NCBI GenBank assembly: GCA_033723415.1
Contig: JAWVXD010000001.1
Location: 192,001-256,000 of the forward strand
DNA: 64,000 nucleotides
Direction: 5' to 3'
DNA from: Sulfurospirillaceae bacterium
Lineage (GTDB): Bacteria > Campylobacterota > Campylobacteria > Campylobacterales > Sulfurospirillaceae
A program made the position numbers and the translations under genes. The notes below the pieces were generated by a model. The model worked only from the letters and a program-made list of their open reading frames with translations, ran no database searches and was not told the origin of the DNA. Every line of letters starts with the position of its first letter. Position 1 is the first letter of the stretch. This document shows, in pieces, positions 20,271 through 30,413 of this stretch.

Positions 20271-20981
20271 ATGAGACAAATTTTAGTAACTTCCTTTGTT
20301 AGCCTTTTGTTTATCGGATGCACAACTCATCAAGCTGATCCAAAAATCACTATGCAAGCACCAACATACGTAGATCAAACACCATCAAGAGTCAGTGATG
20401 CACCTCAATCAAATGAAGGTAGCCTTTTTGGGCAAGGAGATAATCCACTTTTCTCTGATTTAAAAGCCATGCATGTAAATGATATCGTAACAGTTACTAT
20501 AAGTGAAAATATAGCTCAAAGCTCACAAGCCAAAAAATCACTGTCTAAAAATTCCCAAGATTCACTAGGAGGCGGTGTTGTTACAAACGGAAGCTCGAAT
20601 GGAGCTTTAAAAAGTGTTACAAATGCGATAAATAGTGTATCAAATATAGGTTTTCAATCCGGTTCTACAGATTCATTCACAGGTTCAGGGAGTAACACCA
20701 GAGATGAGAAATTTGCTACAACTATTTCGGCTAGAATAATAAAGATATTAAATAACGGAAATTATTTTATCGAAGGTAGTAGAGAACTCTTGCTTAATGG
20801 AGAAAAGCAGATTATTCAAATTAGTGGGGTTATCAGGCCTTATGACATAGATCAAACAAATACAATTGACTCCAAGTATATTGCTGATGCAAAAATTTTA
20901 TATAAAACACAAGGCGATATGGATAAGAGTACTTCAAAACCTTGGGGAACAAAGTTGATAGAATCTGTTTGGCCGTTTTAA
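20271..20981 (+). CDS. flgH: Flagellar L-ring protein FlgH
   Basis: Lipobox FIGC, LFSDLKA..VNDIVTV, SGVIRPYDI, C-terminal WPF. Confidence 0.95.
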   Translation: MRQILVTSFVSLLFIGCTTHQADPKITMQAPTYVDQTPSRVSDAPQSNEGSLFGQGDNPLFSDLKAMHVNDIVTVTISENIAQSSQAKKSLSKNSQDSLGGGVVTNGSSNGALKSVTNAINSVSNIGFQSGSTDSFTGSGSNTRDEKFATTISARIIKILNNGNYFIEGSRELLLNGEKQIIQISGVIRPYDIDQTNTIDSKYIADAKILYKTQGDMDKSTSKPWGTKLIESVWPF

Positions 20982-21006
20982 CAGCCAAACAATTTAATTT
21001 TTTAAA

Positions 21007-22248
21007 TCAGTTCTTAACGGCTTTTGCTAGATCCCACATTGGCATAAATATACCAAGGGCCATAAGAAGAACCATAGCAGCTATAAATCCCAATAAAATA
21101 GGTTCAATATAGCTTGATATATTGTCTATAAGTTCATTAAATCTTGATTTGAAATAATTTGTCACTTTATCTAGCATTTTATCTAGAGTTCCACTTCTCT
21201 CTCCTGCATGAATCATTTGAATCAGCATACCTTCGAAAAGTCCGGTTTCTCTAAACGCTTCTGTTAGTGAGATACCTCTTTGTACAGAAGTATTTACTGA
21301 ACTTAGCTTGTGTTTTAAATGCATATTCTCAAGTGTCAATAATGATGTTTCTAAAGCATCGGCAATAGGTATACCTGAGCGTATTAATTCTGTAAAAACT
21401 AGTGTAAATCTTGACATAGTAGCATAAAAGGTGATACTTCCTATAAGATATACTTTCAAAATGTATTTATCAAAATCGTATTTGAATTTTTCATTGTTTG
21501 CAAGCATATATTTTGTAAATATGATGACTACAAAAATAAAACCCAACAGATAAAATCCATAATTATGAATAACATTTTCTAGAAAAAGCAGTATTTTAGT
21601 AGGTAACGGGAGTTCTGTTTTAAACTTAGAAAATATTTCTTTGAATTTTGGCACAACATAAACCATAAGAATTGTAAATGCTATGGCAATTGCAACCATA
21701 ACAGTTATAGGATATCTCATTGCTTTTTTGAATTTTTGTCTATTTTCTTCAATTTCTTCTAGGATTTCAGCCAATTTTTCTAAAGATTCTGCCATATTTC
21801 CTGTATTCTCTCCAAGTTCAATCATGGCAATGGTAACGTCACCAAGTTCTTTTCTATATGGCATCATGGCCTGTGTAAGACTAAGCCCGGAGTTTAGATC
21901 ATCATTTAATTCTGAGAATATAGATTTCAATGATTTGTCAACACTGGCTTCGGTTACTTCTTTTATGCTGTCATGTATGGAAATGCCTGCATCTGTCATA
22001 ACTGCCAGTTGTCTAATCGCAGCTATCAATGATTTTGCATTGATCTTCTTTTTTATAACAGATTTAAAAAATTTTTCTTTAAACTCTGCAAATTGGTCTT
22101 CTATAGGGGCTGAAGTCACTTGAATATTTAGCAAGATGCCTGGAATTTTAGTTTTGGCTATAGTTATAGCATCTTTTTTATTTGGCGCTTTGATAGTCTT
22201 TATCTCTTTTTTACCTTTAAATAATGAGGTTACTTCATAATAATTCAT
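21007..22248 (-). CDS. ctsF: Type II secretion/T4P inner-membrane platform (GspF/PilC; CtsF-like)
   Basis: Two T2SSF repeats (GENTG, AMRYP, GERSGTLD, IEP). Confidence 0.88.
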   Translation of the reverse strand: MNYYEVTSLFKGKKEIKTIKAPNKKDAITIAKTKIPGILLNIQVTSAPIEDQFAEFKEKFFKSVIKKKINAKSLIAAIRQLAVMTDAGISIHDSIKEVTEASVDKSLKSIFSELNDDLNSGLSLTQAMMPYRKELGDVTIAMIELGENTGNMAESLEKLAEILEEIEENRQKFKKAMRYPITVMVAIAIAFTILMVYVVPKFKEIFSKFKTELPLPTKILLFLENVIHNYGFYLLGFIFVVIIFTKYMLANNEKFKYDFDKYILKVYLIGSITFYATMSRFTLVFTELIRSGIPIADALETSLLTLENMHLKHKLSSVNTSVQRGISLTEAFRETGLFEGMLIQMIHAGERSGTLDKMLDKVTNYFKSRFNELIDNISSYIEPILLGFIAAMVLLMALGIFMPMWDLAKAVKN

Positions 22249-23993
22249 CCTTTTGCCACCCTTACAACTTCATCGAGAGTTGTCACACCGCTTGCAGCTC
22301 TTAGTATGCCATCTCTGTACATATTGATAAAACCTTCATCTAATGCTTGTTTCTTTATATCTTCTTTGCTTCTCCCTTGTGCAATCATACTAGATACTGT
22401 TTCGCTAACAACAAGTATTTCTGAAAGCATTTCTCTTCCCATATAACCTGTTTGCGAGCATTTTTCGCAACCGTTGTGCTTATAAAACTGATACTCTTTA
22501 GGCAAAAATTCATTTATTTCATCATGAGCAGTTTTGGGTAATGTAATTTTTGTTTTACAATAAGGACAAAGTTTTCTGACTAGTCTTTGAGCTTCTATGG
22601 CAACAAGTGAACCGCTAAGAAGATATGGCTCTATTCCCATATCCATAACTCTTGTTACGGCACTTATCGCATCGTTTGTATGCAGGGTTGAGAAAACAAG
22701 ATGTCCTGTAAGTGCAGCTTGCACAGCTATTCTCAATGTCTCTTGGTCTCTTACCTCTCCAATCATTATAATATCCGGATCTTGTCGAAGGATTGATCTC
22801 AAAGCGCCGGCAAAATTTAGATGTGCCTTTTCGTTGACTTGAACTTGCTGTATAAGATTGAGTTGATACTCAACAGGGTCCTCAACCGTGATTATTTTAG
22901 TTTCAACACTTTTTATAGCATTTAAGGCAGCATATAAAGTAGTGGTTTTCCCGCTTCCGGTAGGGCCTGTTACAAAAATTATGCCATATGGAGCTCTCAT
23001 AGAAGAGTTGAATTTATCAAAGTTGTCTTTATGCATACCTAATTCTTCAAGTCTTATCATGACCTTTGATTTGTCCAAAATACGCATAACTATTGATTCA
23101 CCGTTTAATATCGGCAAGGCAGATATCCTAAAGTCAAATTCTCTGCTAAGTATTGTTGCTGAAAATCTTCCATCTTGCGGTTTTCTTTTTTCAGCTATGT
23201 CCATATTTGAAAGAAGCTTTAGTCTAGAGGCTAGAGGAGGGTATATGTCTTTATCAAATATGAAAGTTTCGGTTAAGATACCATCTATCCTACTTCTGAC
23301 GACACAATTATTGACGGTTGGTTCCACATGAATATCACTTGCTCTTGATAAGATAGAAGTTTTCAAAATAACTTCTATGAGCTTCATGATGCCGGACAAT
23401 TCTTGAGGATTGTCGCTTGCACTTGAAGAGATTTCTTTTCTAATATCCGATATTAGATCTTTTATACTGTCGCCAAGTTCAATTTTATTTAGATATTTTT
23501 CAATCAAAGATGGCTCGCTGATTACAGTTTTGACAAGTTTTCTTGGGAATATTCTTTGAATTCCCTCTTGTGCATTAATATCAATCGGATCCTTAAATGC
23601 AACATATATATTTATTTCATCTTCTTTTATAGGAAGCGCTTGAAATTTTCTTAACTGAGCAAAAGGTAGTTTATTTACCATTCTATGGTTAATATCTATA
23701 GAATCTAAATCAATATATGTTGCGTTTAAGTTCTTCGCCAAAGCTTGTAGAAATTCTTCTATTTGAACAGCAAAATATTTGTTGATGTCCTCAAGTTCTA
23801 TATTGCCTTTTTTATAAAATTCAATGATCAACGTTATTAGATCTTGTTTCTCAAAAAGATTTCTATCTATAAGTATTTCAAATATATTTTTATTTTTTTC
23901 TTCAGATTCTTTTTTGATTATTTCCGCAGTATTATCATCAATAATTCTATTACCGATTAGATAATCTGCAAAGTTATTTAGTATGTCTTCCAT
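22245..23993 (-). CDS. ctsE: GspE/PilB family assembly ATPase (CtsE-like)
   Basis: ASDIHVEP, GPTGSGKTTTLY, LRQDPD, TGHLVFSTLHTN; CxxC Zn pairs. Confidence 0.9.
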   Translation of the reverse strand: MEDILNNFADYLIGNRIIDDNTAEIIKKESEEKNKNIFEILIDRNLFEKQDLITLIIEFYKKGNIELEDINKYFAVQIEEFLQALAKNLNATYIDLDSIDINHRMVNKLPFAQLRKFQALPIKEDEINIYVAFKDPIDINAQEGIQRIFPRKLVKTVISEPSLIEKYLNKIELGDSIKDLISDIRKEISSSASDNPQELSGIMKLIEVILKTSILSRASDIHVEPTVNNCVVRSRIDGILTETFIFDKDIYPPLASRLKLLSNMDIAEKRKPQDGRFSATILSREFDFRISALPILNGESIVMRILDKSKVMIRLEELGMHKDNFDKFNSSMRAPYGIIFVTGPTGSGKTTTLYAALNAIKSVETKIITVEDPVEYQLNLIQQVQVNEKAHLNFAGALRSILRQDPDIIMIGEVRDQETLRIAVQAALTGHLVFSTLHTNDAISAVTRVMDMGIEPYLLSGSLVAIEAQRLVRKLCPYCKTKITLPKTAHDEINEFLPKEYQFYKHNGCEKCSQTGYMGREMLSEILVVSETVSSMIAQGRSKEDIKKQALDEGFINMYRDGILRAASGVTTLDEVVRVAKG

Positions 23994-23997
23994 ATTA

Positions 23998-24549
23998 TTA
24001 CCAATATACTCTAGTTTTAATTACGGTATCGTTTTTTAAAGTTCTAAGATATATTTTTTTAACACCGTTTTTTTCTTCTACAGATAGCTTGTATTTTAGA
24101 TTTTTATCTTTATCATCATTGAACCAGTATGAATTTTCTTTTTGCGTATATTTACCCTTTACATATTTATCAAATATTATTGAAAGGATATAATTTGTTT
24201 TTGGAAGATTTACGTATGAAATATCAACATGATCAATAAGAGCATAATAAAGTAACTTTTTTTCATAGAGAACAGTTGCAAAATAAGCAGCATTTTCTCT
24301 ATTTTCTTTTGTTTTATATAACTTTATTATAGGGACCATCATTTTATTTATCATATCTGAATTCAAACAAGAAACTGCAAATATATTTAAAAAACTATCG
24401 TCATGTTTGTATTTTGTATATAAAACAACTGATTTTGAGCAAACTTGAGCGTATTGTTTGTTTAAAAATTGAGTTTTTAAATCATTTAGATCATCAGCAG
24501 AAAGAAATGTCGACAATAATAGAATAATTAATAAAATATTTTTAGTCAT
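23998..24549 (-). CDS. Secreted hypothetical protein in the pilus cluster
   Basis: Signal peptide MTKNILLIILLLSTFLSA; GGAG SD before ATG 24549. Confidence 0.7.
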   Translation of the reverse strand: MTKNILLIILLLSTFLSADDLNDLKTQFLNKQYAQVCSKSVVLYTKYKHDDSFLNIFAVSCLNSDMINKMMVPIIKLYKTKENRENAAYFATVLYEKKLLYYALIDHVDISYVNLPKTNYILSIIFDKYVKGKYTQKENSYWFNDDKDKNLKYKLSVEEKNGVKKIYLRTLKNDTVIKTRVYW

Positions 24550-25507
24550 ACAATTCTCCATTTATAATATCATGCAAAAGAGATCTAATGCTATCAGAAT
24601 TATTCGTATTTAAATATGCCTTTAAAGCTTTGATAGCATCATCTTTATGATTTAATCTATATTTTGATTTTGCAAACCAAATCCAGCTTCTCTCATTTGT
24701 GTTATCAATGTCATTTGCAATTATTGACCACTTCAGAGAATCAATAAAATCTTTTTTTTGATAATATTCTTTGCAAAGCATTAATGCAAATATGATACTG
24801 TGATTTTCATTAAATTTGTCTTTTAGGTATTTGATAGCATCTATCTTTTTCATTTCTATTTTAATACCATCACTGTGATTAGCATCAGGTGCATCAGTTT
24901 GAGCTATTTTATTTGTGCTTTGCATAGTGATATTTTCTTTAGCTTTCTTTGTTGATTCTTTAACTTTTTTTTCTTCTACCTTTTTTTCTTTTTTGATTTT
25001 GATCTCCGGTATTTTGAGGATCAAACTGCTGCTAGGAAGTTCTTTTACTTTAGGATTTGATGAACTTTCTAAATGAAAAGATTTGGTTTCATTCTTTGCT
25101 AAAGTCGTATTGTTTTCAACCTGCTGTGTAGTATTTACAGGTATAGCAAGACTTAATTTTTTCTTCTCCTCTTGTCTTATCTTTGGAACAGTTGTGGCAT
25201 TTGCGCTATTTGATACTTTTGGCATGATTGCAACAGCTATATGCTTAGAACTATTCGTTTCATTTTTCTCTTCTTTCGCACTAACAACCATTTTTATCTG
25301 TGGTTCAGGAGATTTAGAGATATTGGATATATTATTGATTTTTGATTGCATGAGTGAGAGTATACTTTTTTTCTCCCAAAAAAAATAAAACACCAAGGAT
25401 ATAATTATCAGAGAAGAAAATAATATAAAAGAAAATTTAACTATTTTTTTCTTCATATATGTAGAATATTTTTTTTCTAATTCTGCTATGTCGCCGGGAC
25501 TATACAT
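24542..25507 (-). CDS. Membrane-anchored TPR-like protein (CtsX-like)
   Basis: N-terminal TM, low-complexity linker, C-terminal TPR-like helices; position between ctsP-like and ctsE-like genes. Confidence 0.65.
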   Translation of the reverse strand: MYSPGDIAELEKKYSTYMKKKIVKFSFILFSSLIIISLVFYFFWEKKSILSLMQSKINNISNISKSPEPQIKMVVSAKEEKNETNSSKHIAVAIMPKVSNSANATTVPKIRQEEKKKLSLAIPVNTTQQVENNTTLAKNETKSFHLESSSNPKVKELPSSSLILKIPEIKIKKEKKVEEKKVKESTKKAKENITMQSTNKIAQTDAPDANHSDGIKIEMKKIDAIKYLKDKFNENHSIIFALMLCKEYYQKKDFIDSLKWSIIANDIDNTNERSWIWFAKSKYRLNHKDDAIKALKAYLNTNNSDSIRSLLHDIINGELYD

Positions 25508-26312
25508 CTATCATTCCTTGAGCTATCCCTGCCATTGTTATATATTTTATCTTGAGGGCTTTTGAACTTATTTTTGATGGACTGTACGTATCGTAATATT
25601 CAAGTATTTCAAAAAGCTTAAAGAGCAATTTATTTATAGTCCTTAAGTTCCCATCAGTTAATTTTGTAATAATCTTAAAATGTTTTTCATTGAATAATCT
25701 CAAAAATTCAAATTTATTGTGAAAGATCAATTTCTTTTCAATGTAAGTCTGAATTTCTTTATAGGAAAGATTTTTAAGTTCAATACTTTCCCATATCCTG
25801 GTTTGAAAATAGTCTTTTGCAAGGACATCTTCTTCATCAGTTTTATGAACTGTAAAAAGAAATTTAAACTTCCTAGAATCAGCCATAAGTCTAATTTTTT
25901 CTATTAATTCATTTGGGTACAGTTGAGACTCGTCAATTAGAACAGTTATAGCATCTTCTTTTGGATCAAGTTTTTCAACAACAGTATTTAAAAATTGGTC
26001 ATATCCACTAAATTCAGGAGAAGTTTCATTAAAAATTTTCTCATATAATGCTTTAATAAATTCTATTTCATTAAAGTATGGTCTTGGGAAAAAAATTATC
26101 TTCTTTTTCTTTTTAAAATCATTATAGATCTTTTGCAGTAAAAAAGTTTTTCCTGTGCCTGGTCTTCCATAAAACAATATCAGTTTTAGTGGTTTGTCTA
26201 TTGCTTGCACAAGTTTTTCATATGCAAAAGTAGATTTATCAAGATTTATATAATCAAATAAACCACCGTCAAGAAATATGTTTTTTAGGTATAAATATTC
26301 ACTTTTACTCAT
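25500..26312 (-). CDS. ctsP: ExeA/MshM-like AAA ATPase (CtsP-like)
   Basis: GRPGTGKT Walker A, VLIDESQ Walker B, TDGNLRTINKL. Confidence 0.75.
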   Translation of the reverse strand: MSKSEYLYLKNIFLDGGLFDYINLDKSTFAYEKLVQAIDKPLKLILFYGRPGTGKTFLLQKIYNDFKKKKKIIFFPRPYFNEIEFIKALYEKIFNETSPEFSGYDQFLNTVVEKLDPKEDAITVLIDESQLYPNELIEKIRLMADSRKFKFLFTVHKTDEEDVLAKDYFQTRIWESIELKNLSYKEIQTYIEKKLIFHNKFEFLRLFNEKHFKIITKLTDGNLRTINKLLFKLFEILEYYDTYSPSKISSKALKIKYITMAGIAQGMIDV

Positions 26313-27789
26313 ACAATCTCTTGGAAAATCCTAATTCTCTAAGGGATGTTTTAGTAACTCCTTTAGCGCCTATAATTTTTGGTGTTATTACAAAAATCAA
26401 CTCTTGAGAAGTCAAGCTATTGCCAGTATGTCTAAATGCACTTCCAAGAAGAGGAATATCACTTAGAACCGGAACATTAGAATCGCTTGCACCTTTAGAA
26501 TTTGTTATCAATCCACCTAGAATTATTGTACTTCCATCTTTTACTCTAACTACTGTTGATAATTTTTTTTCAGAGGTATCAGGTGCGATTTCTCTAGGAG
26601 TTGTCTGCTTCCCGTCATCTTGTGTATATTTAAAATTGCTAACTGAAGGGTTGATCCTTAAAATTATTTCATTATTATCAGAAATCTCAGGGGTAATATT
26701 CAATAAAACTCCGATGAAGATAGAGTAATTAGTGTATGTTGTAGTTGTAGTTGTTGTTGCAGTTGCATTATTTGTTGTATCTTGTGGGACTCTATAGTTT
26801 ATATTGTCACCAACAGTTATAAGAGCTTGTTGATTGTTTAGAGTCAATACTTTTGGACTTGATACTACCTTTGTATCTCCATTTGTCGCTAAAAAGTCCA
26901 TGAGTCCAGACATTGTAAAAAGTGCATCACTTACAACAGTATAAGAATTTGTAAAATCTGATTTTCTGATAGGTAGATTGGCGCTCGCATTAGATTGTAC
27001 ATTTGCAGTATTGCTTAAAGACAGATTGAATGCACTCCAGTCAATACCGGTTGAGCTTTTGTTTTCAAGATCTACAGAAATGATCTTTACATTGATCAAA
27101 ACTTGTTTTGTTAATCTTTCTTTTAATATATCAATGTACTGCGCAACTCTATCTAATTGTTTTTTCGTAGCTGTAATCGTAATAATACCGGCATTTTCGT
27201 TTATGATTGGTTTTTCAGCTTTATACTCATCTGCTCCGGTATTTAAAACAGACATAAGTTCATTGGAAATTTTTGCCCAAAAGTTAAATGTTTCAGTAGA
27301 TTTGATTGAATTGTCTCCGCTTACGGTTTTTGTTGCTCCTTCAGCCGTAGGTGTAGCATCTACAGAAGCATTTAATACAGAAGTTCCATTTCTCACTGAT
27401 GTTATATAATCAATCCTAAAAGTCTTAGTATTTAGCGCATAAATCTTCAAAATATTTTTGTCAAATTTATAGTAGAGGTCGTTATCGCTTATTAATACAC
27501 CAAATAACTCATCTAAAGTAAGGTTATTGATATTGACACTATTTAGTTTATCTCTAAGCGTTTTTTTTGCAATATCATCTTGAACGACAATAGTAAAGTT
27601 ACAGGTATCGGCTATTTGAGTCAATAGATCAATATTAGAAACTTTGTTGCTTGCTTTTATATTAAATGTTCTAAATTCACATGACTTATTGCTATCTAAA
27701 GCATACAGCTGAGTTATAGAAAAAAATATTAAAAAAAACAGTACCGATAATTTTTTATTATTTTGATGAAAATTTAATTTGAGACCCAT
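26305..27789 (-). CDS. ctsD: Secretin, MshL/CtsD type
   Basis: QVLINVKI, GIDWS, SSPKVLTLNNQQA, VPVLSDIPLLG and ELIFVITPKII. Confidence 0.88.
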   Translation of the reverse strand: MGLKLNFHQNNKKLSVLFFLIFFSITQLYALDSNKSCEFRTFNIKASNKVSNIDLLTQIADTCNFTIVVQDDIAKKTLRDKLNSVNINNLTLDELFGVLISDNDLYYKFDKNILKIYALNTKTFRIDYITSVRNGTSVLNASVDATPTAEGATKTVSGDNSIKSTETFNFWAKISNELMSVLNTGADEYKAEKPIINENAGIITITATKKQLDRVAQYIDILKERLTKQVLINVKIISVDLENKSSTGIDWSAFNLSLSNTANVQSNASANLPIRKSDFTNSYTVVSDALFTMSGLMDFLATNGDTKVVSSPKVLTLNNQQALITVGDNINYRVPQDTTNNATATTTTTTTYTNYSIFIGVLLNITPEISDNNEIILRINPSVSNFKYTQDDGKQTTPREIAPDTSEKKLSTVVRVKDGSTIILGGLITNSKGASDSNVPVLSDIPLLGSAFRHTGNSLTSQELIFVITPKIIGAKGVTKTSLRELGFSKRLYE

Positions 27790-28189
27790 TGTTTTTCCTT
27801 ATAAAAATTTCTCTTGTATTATTTGAACTTTTAAGCAATACACTGCTTTTTTTGATTTTTACCAACTTGTATACTCCGATTTTTTTATATAACTTAATCC
27901 ATCTTCCATTGATTTTGGCTCTATTGTCAAATATGGCGTCTAGCCTCAAATAAACTCTTCTTCTCCCCGTGGCTCTTCTTTGCTCTACACTTCTGCTTGT
28001 AACTACAAAAGGATTACGAGTTTGATTTAATTCTTTTTGACTTATGCCTATTCTGGTTTCACTAACTTTATCAAAGATTTTATCATATTTCTGCATCTCA
28101 TTTGTCAATGAGTCTGAGTTTGATGCATACAAAAAATTTACAGATAAAATCAAAAATATAAATATTTTGTAAAAATTTAACTTTTTCAA
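27758..28189 (-). CDS. Pilus cluster periplasmic protein (PilP/CtsR-like)
   Basis: Signal peptide, RNPF, AKINGRW; probable TTG start overlapping the upstream stop. Confidence 0.55.
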   Translation of the reverse strand: MKKLNFYKIFIFLILSVNFLYASNSDSLTNEMQKYDKIFDKVSETRIGISQKELNQTRNPFVVTSRSVEQRRATGRRRVYLRLDAIFDNRAKINGRWIKLYKKIGVYKLVKIKKSSVLLKSSNNTREIFIRKNNGSQIKFSSK

Positions 28190-28833
28190 TATTTCATCCC
28201 CCAAACCGCTATATTTACATAACCATCAATTCCTGCTGCACCTTTTAAATTTAAATCGTAAATATCAACAACTAATTTGCTCTCTTCTATAGAATTAATA
28301 AATTTCATAACATTTTTAAAATTGCCGTTAAACTTAACAGTCAGAGTCAATATTTGTTCAATTTTTTGTAAATTTGGTTTATTTATTTTATTTTGAATTA
28401 TTTTTATATGCACATTGTTCTTTTGCGCAAGTAAACTTATTGAATCAAGGAATTTTGCCCAGTTTTGGTTGTTGAAAAGTAAATATGACAGATTTTTTAG
28501 CTTGTTGTCTATGTACGTGTTCATATATGTTGTATCTTCTAATCTACTTTTTGCATCTTCTAAATCTTTTTTAGATTTCTTTATGAAGTATGTGTCATCT
28601 CCGTTTCTAGTGACTGATCTTAGATAGTTCTGTTCATTTATAACTTTTTTATCCATAAATGATAGATTTCTCTTTGTGTGCTTTAATTTTTTCTCACTTA
28701 TTGGGAATACATAAGCATAAGAGATAAATCCTATAAAAACAAATAGCATCAATAAAATCAGTGAAATTTCACTACTTTTTTTATTGGAAAGTGCTATATC
28801 TATTTTTTCAAATATATTTTTAGAACTATTCAT
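28186..28833 (-). CDS. PilO-like pilus alignment protein
   Basis: TM, coiled coil, then GNFKNVMKFINSIEESKLVV ferredoxin-like domain. Confidence 0.7.
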   Translation of the reverse strand: MNSSKNIFEKIDIALSNKKSSEISLILLMLFVFIGFISYAYVFPISEKKLKHTKRNLSFMDKKVINEQNYLRSVTRNGDDTYFIKKSKKDLEDAKSRLEDTTYMNTYIDNKLKNLSYLLFNNQNWAKFLDSISLLAQKNNVHIKIIQNKINKPNLQKIEQILTLTVKFNGNFKNVMKFINSIEESKLVVDIYDLNLKGAAGIDGYVNIAVWGMKY

Positions 28834-30346
28834 TATTTAATCCTATTGAAACTTTAGACAAATAAATATTTTTCTTTTCATCTTTTACTATTTTGTCCGT
28901 ATTTATCTTATATTTTTTTAAATCAGTTAACTTTTTGATAAATTCTGTGATTTTTTTATCACTTACGTTTTGAATATCGAATGTAAATATATTTTTTTTA
29001 AATTCTACATCTTGAATTTTTGAATCGGTTTTATTTGTTATATTAAAAAGTTCCGTCAAAATGATTGCTTTCATTGGATATGAAATTTTCTTTGCATAAA
29101 TCTCACGTAAAAGTTTTTTTCTGAAATTTAATTTATTACTTTCTTTATCTAAGAGTGTATTTACTTTATCTTTCTCGCTTTTTATTGCCGCAAGTTGATT
29201 TTTTATATTATTGGTTTTTTTATTTAATACTCTAAACTCTTGAGATTTTTGATTGAGTTGCATATTGAGAATATAATCAAATCCCAGCTGGTAAACAGGA
29301 TATGCCATAGATATTATGATACTTGCTGCTATTGTTGCTATGACTTTACCAAGAGGTCTTTTAAATAATGGAGGAGGTCTTTTAAAAGGAGAAAAGTTCA
29401 GAGCATCGTCTTTTTCTTCAAAATATGATTGCGCCGATAAGATCATAAGTATATGAATTTGATCAATATACCACTCTTTTGAGTTTATTGCTATATTAAA
29501 ATTGAATTGATGCGATTCTAAACCTAAGTAGCTTTGAGCATATTCTTCAATTCCTAAGAGATCTCCTATTTCAGAGCCTATATATATTTTATTGATTGCC
29601 TCTAATGCGTAAGATCTTTTTGCATAGACTAAAACATCATTTATGTATAAAAATATCTCTCCAAAAAGCTTCATAAGATGTTTTTGATAGTCTAGATTAC
29701 TGCCTTTTAATCCATCATTCGTCAGTAGGTCATTAAAGTCTTTTTCGTCAACTCTTTCTCCAACTAACTCACAAAACTTTTCATTTATTTGCGTTAAAGA
29801 ATAGTGCAGGGATTTTGAGTATAAATATTCGCCGTCTCTGTAAATTGCTAGAAATGCATCTTCTTTTTGAAAATATATAAAACAATATACGCCATCAGGC
29901 TCTAAAAAATTTTTCTTATATAAAGATTGTAATAAAAAAGGTGCGCCGGTTGCATAATCAATATATTTTGTATATTTTTTTATAGCGCCTAATCTCTCAT
30001 CTACTAAAAGAGAATCCATTACAAAAACATTGTATGTTCTATTCTTTGTATCATTGGTTTCTGTTTCAAGGTAAGTTATAGAGTAATTGACAGCTGAATC
30101 AAGTCCTAATTCATCATAAACCTTAACTTCTATAGCATCTTTTAAATCTTCATCAGAAATATTTCTGCTCATCTCAATTGTGGCATTGATTATATCTTTT
30201 GATGGAATATATGAAGTGAAAAAAGAGTCTCTTTTACTTTTTTCTATTTTGTTTATTTTTATTTCATTCTTGCTATATTCATATGATGTAAGCGTTATCG
30301 GGTCAACAGAAACTATATTTGTGTAGTTATTTTGCTTTGATGCCAT
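28826..30346 (-). CDS. PilM/PilN-like (GspL-like) fused alignment protein
   Basis: Cytoplasmic N-terminal domain, single TM, coiled coil and PilN-like C-terminus; first gene of the cluster. Confidence 0.55.
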   Translation of the reverse strand: MASKQNNYTNIVSVDPITLTSYEYSKNEIKINKIEKSKRDSFFTSYIPSKDIINATIEMSRNISDEDLKDAIEVKVYDELGLDSAVNYSITYLETETNDTKNRTYNVFVMDSLLVDERLGAIKKYTKYIDYATGAPFLLQSLYKKNFLEPDGVYCFIYFQKEDAFLAIYRDGEYLYSKSLHYSLTQINEKFCELVGERVDEKDFNDLLTNDGLKGSNLDYQKHLMKLFGEIFLYINDVLVYAKRSYALEAINKIYIGSEIGDLLGIEEYAQSYLGLESHQFNFNIAINSKEWYIDQIHILMILSAQSYFEEKDDALNFSPFKRPPPLFKRPLGKVIATIAASIIISMAYPVYQLGFDYILNMQLNQKSQEFRVLNKKTNNIKNQLAAIKSEKDKVNTLLDKESNKLNFRKKLLREIYAKKISYPMKAIILTELFNITNKTDSKIQDVEFKKNIFTFDIQNVSDKKITEFIKKLTDLKKYKINTDKIVKDEKKNIYLSKVSIGLNNE

Positions 30347-30391
30347 TGTTGATAACTCCTATTCTAGGGCGAGATATTGATTTGAACTTAA

Positions 30392-30400
30392 ATTGTACCA
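30392..30400 (-). promoter_or_regulatory. Extended -10 promoter of the pilus/competence operon
   Basis: TGgTACAAT on the minus strand about 45 nt before the start at 30346. Confidence 0.55.
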
Positions 30401-30413
30401 TAAAATTTAATAA

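Noticed and set aside
26732..26778. GTT/GTA trinucleotide run
   Set aside because: Encodes a Thr-rich loop of the secretin; imperfect, not a separate repeat element.
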